From assembly GCA_021791545.1 (NCBI GenBank), contig JAJYWL010000007.1, positions 3,972 to 67,971 on the forward strand: a DNA stretch of 64,000 bases. Direction: 5' to 3'. Made by a program: the position numbers and the translations under genes. Numbering within the stretch: position 1 is the stretch's first letter; every line of letters begins with the position of its first letter. The notes under the pieces are model-generated. The model worked only from the letters and a program-made list of their open reading frames with translations. It did no database searches and had not been told where the DNA came from. Origin of the DNA: a bacterium. Its GTDB lineage: Bacteria; Patescibacteriota; Microgenomatia; Levybacterales; UBA12049. This document shows, piece after piece, positions 8,030-17,000 of the stretch.

Positions 8030-11000
8030 TTAATTGACAATAATCCAGTTAAATGGAATATTTGACGTTGCAAAATCGGGAAGTCCGACGGTAAATGACT
8101 GTCCCGCAACTTGTCTGATAAGGTAGATTACCTGGTTTTTTGTATCTGCTGTCGGCGTTATATAAATGAGTGATTTATCTGTTACAAGTGAATTATCTAT
8201 TGTTACTTCTTTTTGATGTGCTGCTATCCAGGCAGTTCCTGCTGAACCGGTTGCCGTAATTTCTGTTTCCGATAATGCTTGAGCAGGTTGTATTAGGCTT
8301 AAGTTAAGCTTTGCAAATGTTCCGGCACCGGAAGCTGTAAGATCTCCAGATTTTCCGTTAAGGCTAAGAATAGATGATCCTGTCGCATTTGTGACGTTAA
8401 GATTTGCCACTTTTCCGGATGGGGAGGCAAGGTTAATTGCCAAGTCATTTCCCGGAATTGGTGCAATAGCGTTGGCATATAGAGTTCCTTTAACTTGGAC
8501 ATCCGATCCGAAGGTTACGTTTCCGTTTGTATCTATATATACAAGACCTGCCATTATTGAGACTCCACCTTGTTTAAGAGGTTGAATGTTAAAGTCAGAA
8601 CCTAATACATTAATAGAGTTATTTGCAAGTATTAAGCTTCCGTTTATTGCTACCTGTCCTGTTATAGATACATCGGATAGGGAAGAAGGTCCAAATACTG
8701 TAAGTCCTTCGGAGAAGGCAGCAGTCTGGGAAGAAAGCGTGGGAACGTATGAAAGTTGTCCTGACATTGAAGATATATCCATATAACCCGTTCCTGTCTG
8801 TGTTTGGTTTGTTGTTCCTGAGGAAGTACTCGTTGAAGAGCCGTTTACAAGACCAAAGTTTGTGTTAGATGAAGGAGTACTATTATATACATTAGTAATA
8901 TTGGTTACATAAGTTGCAGAAGAGCTTCCTGAAACTATCTGATCAGCAATGATTTTCCCTACATGTAAAGTTCCAGAAATACTTGCATCATTTGTATCTA
9001 ACTGATTAGAGGTTAGCTTTCCACTGAAGCTGGCGTTGCCTTGATTATCTATTGTTGCAACGGCAGAACCGGAAGAATTATTTGTGTTCAAAACAGATAA
9101 TTTATCATTTTCAAACCTTAAAGCTACTGCTGAGCTTGTTGCAGTAGGGGCTATTAGATTTGTTTTAATAGAATCCGATGCAATAGGTGAGACAACTTGT
9201 CCATTTGCATTCTGACCAACTATGTTATTAACAATAGTAGCTATATAGTCTCCAAGGTTTTGTCCGTTTACAATTATTTGCTGTGCATTTACAACTCCTG
9301 CTCTTAGATTTGCGACTGCAAGTTGCGCAAATGCTCCAACTCTATCAATAGGATTTCCTAAAGCATCAGATATTGAATAGTAGTGGGGAACAGTAAAATC
9401 AGCGCTTGTTGTTGCTTGGTCAACAATGCTCATATCTCCTGTAGATGTAAGATAGACCTGGGGATCAGAAAATCCAGGTTTAATAAATACCAAAATTTTT
9501 CCGTATGCATAGCAGTCGGGCTCATTTTGAGTACAGGTAGAATCCAAAATTTGCCACTGTCCGTTTATTAGTCTTGCCGATTGGGTTGCACTTGAAGGAT
9601 CAAAATCTGTTAAAGCTGTTCCTACAACCATTCCTGCTTTGGTTGCTTTCATTCCAACTCCGGGAATTTCGCTTGATGTTACTAGGTCACCGACTTTAAT
9701 AGGGCCATTTTTAGAAGTGACTTTTACCGGAATACGTCCTGCAACTGTCAAGGGTCTTTCATTAGATTCCCAGAGATTGTCTGAATTAAAATTGTTATTA
9801 ATTAACATTCCCGGGTTTTCGCTTATTGCTCCTATTAAATCAGGTGAATATGGAGTACTTGTTTTCGAAGCTAAAGCTTTTTGGTAAATGTCTTTTACGC
9901 TGTTGTCATAATCTTTTGCAGCAACTATATCACCAGAATCAATCGATTGATCTTTTATTCTTATAGTTTCAGCGTAGTCAGGTGTGGTGCTTCCTGTAAT
10001 CGTACCTGCTGCTCTTATGATACCGGTTAAGCTGATTGATACAAGGCTTGTCCCACCGTTTCTTTCAAACATTAATTTTCCGGTTGTAGCAGAGCTTGCC
10101 GTCAGATAAGTGTCCATCCAATATGTTGAGTTTTGTGTCCATTTTAATCCTCCTTGTCCAGCTACGCTACCGCTACTTACAACAGTTACCCATTGTCCAG
10201 CCGATCCTGATGGATCCATGTATACGTTCCCATAGAAACCTGAGTTATCTATATTCAAAGCTGAAGATGATCCGTTTCCTCCGAGGTGAAGAGCACCAGC
10301 TGTATCCGCAACCAAGTACATGTCGGAATTACTGGTAGATCCGTCACCAACATACCCAATTCTTGTTCCACCGCTGTCATAAAAACCTAAATAGGCATTG
10401 CTTGTGGCTCCTGTAGCTTGACCATACAATCCTACATAATGGGTCTCGTTTATTCTCATGGCTAATGTCGGGTTTGTGTTTACTGCATTTATAGTGTTGA
10501 AATCAAAGTAACCTCCGGAGGTATCAGAAACAAATCCTATGCTTGCTGCTCCATACGTGCTTCTTGCGAATGCTCCGTCGCTTGATCTTCTGTTAATTGC
10601 AAGATAAGCAGCATCAATATATGTATCCATATACATTCTATTTCCGCTTGACGAGCCTATACTCCAGTTGGAATTAGCCGTCCCGTTGCCAATTGATAGA
10701 TTTTCGGCTGGGGATGTGTTTCCAATTCCGATGTTTCCACTTGATCCGGTAATTGTGCCTCCTCCGCTTCCAAGTTTAAGACTCGCTATAGCACTATTAC
10801 TATTTCCATAAAGACCAAGAGTATTTGCAACATCAATATCTGTAAAGAATGAATCGTCACCTACTTGAAGTAATTTTGCCCCAGGATTACTTCCGCTGTC
10901 TTCAATAAGTATGCCTCCATTAGTTCCTCCTCCGCCAAATACGTCCATTTTGTATCCTGAGGTAGGGCTGGTTACGTTGACTCCAATATTTCCGAGATGA

Positions 11001-14000
11001 TCTATCATCATCCTTGTCTGTGCTCCGGTAGCAAAAGAATTTGTGGTTGCAAAATACATCTTAGTTCCGTAGGCTCCGCTAGATTGTACATAAATACCAG
11101 CTTGAGCAGTATTGCCGGATGAAGATTGTCCTGCACCAAAGGTAATTCCATTAGCATAGTCAGCAACGTTTGTAGGTGCTGTTAAATGTATGCCATAAGT
11201 GGTAGCGAGTCCGGGAGTTGTTACATTTATGGTACTACTTTCGGATACATCTAATAAATCATTTGGAGCAGTTATTCCAATTCCAACGTCTCCTGTGCCC
11301 GTTATTACCATTCTTTGATTAGTACCGCCTGTTAAAAATGAAATTGGAGCATTGTTTCCTTGGAATATGTTTAGAGAGTTAGCTCCTCCATAACTTGCTA
11401 ATGCTGTTCCTCCTGCAAAAACACCCATGTTTTGAGCAGCATCGCTTTTAAGTAATAAATATGCATATCCTGCAGAATTGGTATTTTGTATCTCTCCAGT
11501 GATGCCGGATGAAGAATTTCCATAAATATGTAAAGGACTTGCAGGGCTATCTGTTCCTATTCCCATATTTCCACCATAGCTGTAAAAGGCGTAGGTAGGG
11601 TTAGTTTGTGTTCCAGCAGGAAGAGACGCAACTGAAGCAGAATTTGTTGGTGAAATTGTAATATTATTACTTGCGCTTAAAGCTGTGTATGTATATTCCT
11701 CATAGCTTGTTGGATTTTTAACATATAAAGTACCAGTAGTTGGTCCCGCATAGCTCGTTAGAACAAAGACTATGTTTGCTGCCTTAATTCCATAAAGATA
11801 AGAAGCCTGTAAAGAAACAATTGGGGGACTTCCAAATGCCGCCTGTTGTTTTACTTGCAAATGTACAAGGGCATTATCGTCAGATTGAGATCCTGCAGCG
11901 CCTTGTTTCGAGATTAAAATATCTGCTGTCCCATATCCATATTGGGCAGGAATACTTACAGATGCAATAGGGAAGTATTGATTTGTATAGGTACCTCCTC
12001 CTGTAGTTGTTGTCCACCCAGACATTATTCCTTGTTCGAATAATCCTATTCCTCCGGCAACATCAAGTTTCGTAGTCGTACCAGTAATAGAATATGTTCC
12101 TATTCCGGCAGCTCCTGCTGTCGTAAGAGAAGTTCCCGAAGCTGCTGGGTCAAGGAAGTATGAGTTGTTGTCCAAGTCAGTAAAGGATCTACCATATATA
12201 GAACCAAGATTTGTAACTTTAAATTGTAGTCTTCCAAGAGCAGGGGATAGACCTGATGAAGCATTTATTAAATCTCCTGCCCCGGTATTGCTGTCTATTC
12301 CTAAAGCAGGTCCACTTGTTGTTCCCGAGAAAGAAGCGATAGGAGTAGTTGCTGAACTTCCTCTTACATCTAAAGTCGCAAGGGGAGCTGATATGCCAAG
12401 GCCAAGATTTCCTAAATGGTCTAATCTCATTTTTTCTGTGTAGGTTGCTCCATTTCCTACCATAAACCCTATATAACCGCTTTGATCTGTGGCTGAGAAG
12501 GCAGCATCTGTTCCGAAATTTATTCTTCCGACATCTTTGAAACTCGTTCCGTTATATGCTCTACCTACAAGAGTAGTTACGTCGGAATTTGCTGTTGCTA
12601 TTGTAGGAGCTGCTTTTGTTCCTTTTGCAACCTGAAGAATTAAAGCAGATTGTCCTGTTGTGCTTCCCGTGTAATTATCTACTTCTACACTTGGATACCT
12701 TGGTGCAGTGCTTGAATCATTTTCTACTACTATTATAGAATTCATATCATTTCCTACCACATTTATTCCCCCTCCATAGCCTTTATTTGGAGTAACAATT
12801 AATTGTCCGCTAAATGAAGCTTGAGTTTGGTTTCCCATTAAACCTGTGAATGCAAAATCTGCAGATGCTGTCGAAGATCCCCCTATAAGAAGATCATCTC
12901 CAGATTGAACAGGGGATAGAGCACCCGAAAGTTCTTGCCAAAAGTTATATGTAGTCGGACATGTTCCCCAGGCAGGTATACTTGATCCGGAAAGAAGACA
13001 TTGTCCGGAAGTTGTTGTTGATGAGACTGAAGTAACAAGACCTGTTGAATTTGCAGAATAGAGTACTGCATTGTTTCCATTGTTATTAACAAGAGTAAGA
13101 GTTTTCCCTGTTGGTATTGTAGTATTTCCATTTAGAGAAACTGTTCCTGTTCCTGTTGCAAAATTACCAGTTCCTGACATTGTTATATTTCCTGAACCAT
13201 CAATGGTTAATCTTGTTGAAAGGGTTTCTGGGTTTACTCCTGATACTCCTGCGGTTGATGTCATAAAATATATGTTTCCTCCAGCAGCGTTTCCTGTAGA
13301 TATTCCGCTTGCTAGGGTAAGATTGGCTCCTGTAACGTTTGTACCTGATCCTCCGCTGGCGTGTAGTATAACTTGTCTGGGAGAAGCCGTAGTAACTCCG
13401 TTTCCAAGATAAAAATCTTGTATGTAGCTTGTGCCCGTATTTCCTCCTATAACTGCTTGATTCGACCCTGTCGCAATTGCGTTATACCCTAAAGCAAGAG
13501 AATAATTAAGGTTATTCGAAGACATATCTGCATATGCTCCGATTATGGTGTTATTGTTTCCAACAGTAGGAACTGTGCCTGCATATGCTCCTAGTAATAC
13601 ATTATCTGTTCCTCCTCCTAAATTAACTCCAGCTTGATATCCGAGTAAGGCATTTTCAGTACCTGTGCTCAAGTTTGTACCTGCGCTTGTTCCAACAGCT
13701 GTGTTGTATCCTGAAGCAGTAGGGTTGCCAGCAAATCCTCCTACAAATATATTTGAAGTGCCATAGGCAGAAAGTATATTTGTTCCTCTAAATGCATAGC
13801 CTGTATAGCTATTAACTCCTCCTCCGTATCCCTTGTTTGGCATTATGTTAAGTTGTCCGCTAAATGATGCTTGTGTCTGGTTTCCCATCAGACCTGTAAA
13901 TGCAAAATCTGCAGATGCTGTTGAAGAACCTCCTATAAGAAGATCATCACCTGGTTGAACGGGGGAGAGAGCACCTGCTAGTTCTTGCCAGAAGCCTGCC

Positions 14001-17000
14001 CCTCCATTTGTAAGAAGTACACCATTGGAATAGATATTTTGACCATATATGTTTCTCCACTGGTGTGTGGCATCTCCTAAATCTATCTGCTGATTGGTTG
14101 TAGGGGCAACATTTGATCCTGTTCCTCCGGAGGGAGCTATGGCTAGATTTCCTGAGGTAGCTAAAAGTTGGACATTGTTTGTAGTTGCTCCATCATAAAT
14201 TTGGATTCCTCCTGTTCCTCCTCCATAATCGTAGTTAAATCTAACAGCAGAAGTACCTCCGTTTGAAGATATATCCAAGATTCCGGATGCTCCTGTTTTT
14301 TTAATAACCGTATCTCCACTTGAAGCTGTAAAACTTAATCCATTTCCTGTTGTAGTTATAGCTCCGGTTGCATCAACTTGAAAATTGGAAGAAGATCCAA
14401 CGGAAAATAACGCAGCTGAATTGGAATTTCCTATTCCAACATATCCGGAGCTATTAATAGTAAGTCTATCTGTATACGTTTCTGCGCCATAGGCTGTTCC
14501 ATTGGTTCCTTGCTGAATCCTAAAATCAAAATTGCTGCTTGCCAAGTAAAGTCTTGCACCTGTTCCTATTCTATTTCCTGATGTAGTTCTGTAAAGAGTG
14601 ATTGCTGGATTAGCATTGCCCTGAACAGATTCTCCGATTGTTACCAATGAATTAGCTGAAAGAAGAAATTCTGCTGAACTCGATGCAAATGGAGTTACAG
14701 GAGTACTGGCTGAGACAGAATTTTTAAATACAGCTCCGTTTCTTACATCAAGCTGAGCAACTGGATTATTTGTTCCGATACCAACATTGCCAGCAAAATA
14801 GCCTTGTCCGTCTGCTCTCACGCTAAAATTGGTGGTTGAACCAGTTACTCCTTGAAAATAGGTGTTATTAGCACCCGTTAAATTGTCTGTTATTGCCTGG
14901 AATATTCCAGGCGCACCGTAAGAATATCCTGATCCTACTTGGTGTCCTGTAAAAAATACTTGCCCAGTTGTGCCCACTGATGCAACAGCACCGGTTGTAT
15001 TTACGGTAAATTGTCCATTGGAACTGTTGGGACCTACAGTTAAAAGTTGTCCTGGATTTGTTGTTCCTATTCCAACATTTCCTGAACTGGCTTGTATCGT
15101 CATCCAAGTAGACGTGGCATTCATGTTGGTAAATCTTAGATCAGCTCCCGTTCCGGCTCCCATTGCTGCACCTGCGCTTTCGATATAATTTATTCCACCG
15201 CTGGGAACGAATTTAAGTCCACTTAAGACGCTTGCTAGTGTTCCATTATCTCGGATATATTGAGTACCAAAAACATCTAGGTTAACTTGTGGAGCTGCTG
15301 TGCCTATACCAACATTGCCTTCTACAATAAGACCGTTTGAGGGAGGGGTAGTGGTGACATATGTTGATCCAATAGCCTGACTCCCGCTTACTTCCAATAC
15401 AGCTCCAGTATTACTATATGTTGCTCCTGTATTCGATAAAACAAAGCCACGACTAGTTGCTGCATTTAAAGAGACACCTCCCTGATAATTTGCTAGTATA
15501 TATGCATTATTGGCTGTTCCACTATTACGTCCAGTTAGGTTTAATTGAGCGTTTGCGCTTCCTGCTCCTGCGTCAATAGTAAAGGCTCCGGTAGTATGGC
15601 CGGTACCTGTTACGTCAAGAGTATATGCGGGAGTGTTTGTTCCAATTCCAACATTTCCTCCGTATCCATTATTTGGCATTACGATAAGTTGTCCGCTGAA
15701 GCTGGCTTGTGTCTGATGGTTTGCAAGTCCAAGTCCTGTGAATGCAAATTCGGCGGATGCTGTCGAAGATCCTCCTAGTAATAGATCATCTCCTGACTGA
15801 ATAGGGGACAGAGCTCCCGAAAGTTCTTGCCAGTAGTTATAGTTTCCTGTAGAACAGCTTCCCCATGAGGCATTTGCTCCTCCGATAAGACATTGTCCTG
15901 CTCCTGTTGAGGCTCCCAGTGTAATTGCTCCGGAAGTTAAGGTTAATCCGGTAGAGGCTGCTATTGCGCCTGATGAATTAACTTGGAATTGAGCCGAAGA
16001 TCCTACATTAAATAAGGATGTGGCTGTTGTTCCGCCTATTGTAAAGTTACCGTTGGTGGCAACCATATATCGTGGAGGATAGCTGGCTGAGGATGAATCA
16101 AAAACCAACGTTCCCGTGGGGATAGATGTAGAACCAGTTGGATTAGGGTAAACAGTAGCTTGAATAGATTCTGTAATATTATAGGAGATAGACGTATAGC
16201 TGGTTGCTTTGTGGTAAGTATAGACTGAAATTGATCCGTCTGTTTCCTGATAGGCCAGAATCTTAGCTTTACTTCTTACATCTCCAAATAGATCATATTC
16301 ATATTTAAAGCCATTTCTATTACCCATTAAGATATTGAATTGGGATTTTTGATTGCTGCCCCAGCCATCGTCAAGAATTCCGTTAATAACTATATGATCG
16401 TATGTCGCGCTTGTGGAAATTGGTAAAGTTGCTATTTTATAATAAGTGTCGGAAGCAGGATTAACTCCTGTTTGGCTCCAACCCCAAACGGTATTGTTTA
16501 TTTGTGCGCTATTTCCTACTACTTGAAGAGCAGTTTGTGGATTATTGGTTCCTATTCCTAAATTTCCACCAGTTAAATAAGAATTTCCACTGGAGCTAAG
16601 TTGGACAGTAGCGCTTGCTCCTGAATAATCGTTTATGCCCGGGCTTATTAGAAATGCTGAAGCATTAGCAGCGGAGTTGTTAAACTGAACAATTTTACCT
16701 GTTTGATCTAATCTAAAAGATTGATGACTAGTTGTATTGACAACATTGGTAAGATTTATAGTGGTAGCTTGAACCGTACCACTTGTGTTACCGGGTGTGC
16801 CATTCCCGATATTTATATATCCATCTCCTCCCCTTGAGATTCCCGTAGTGACTGATCCTGATCCGTTATCCCAACCAAGTGATCCTCCCGAACTTAAGGT
16901 TAAAAGTTGTCCTGGGTTTGTTGTTCCAATTCCAACATTTCCACTACTATTTATTACCATTGCCGTTCCTGTTCCAAAGGAATTATTATTAACATTAAAT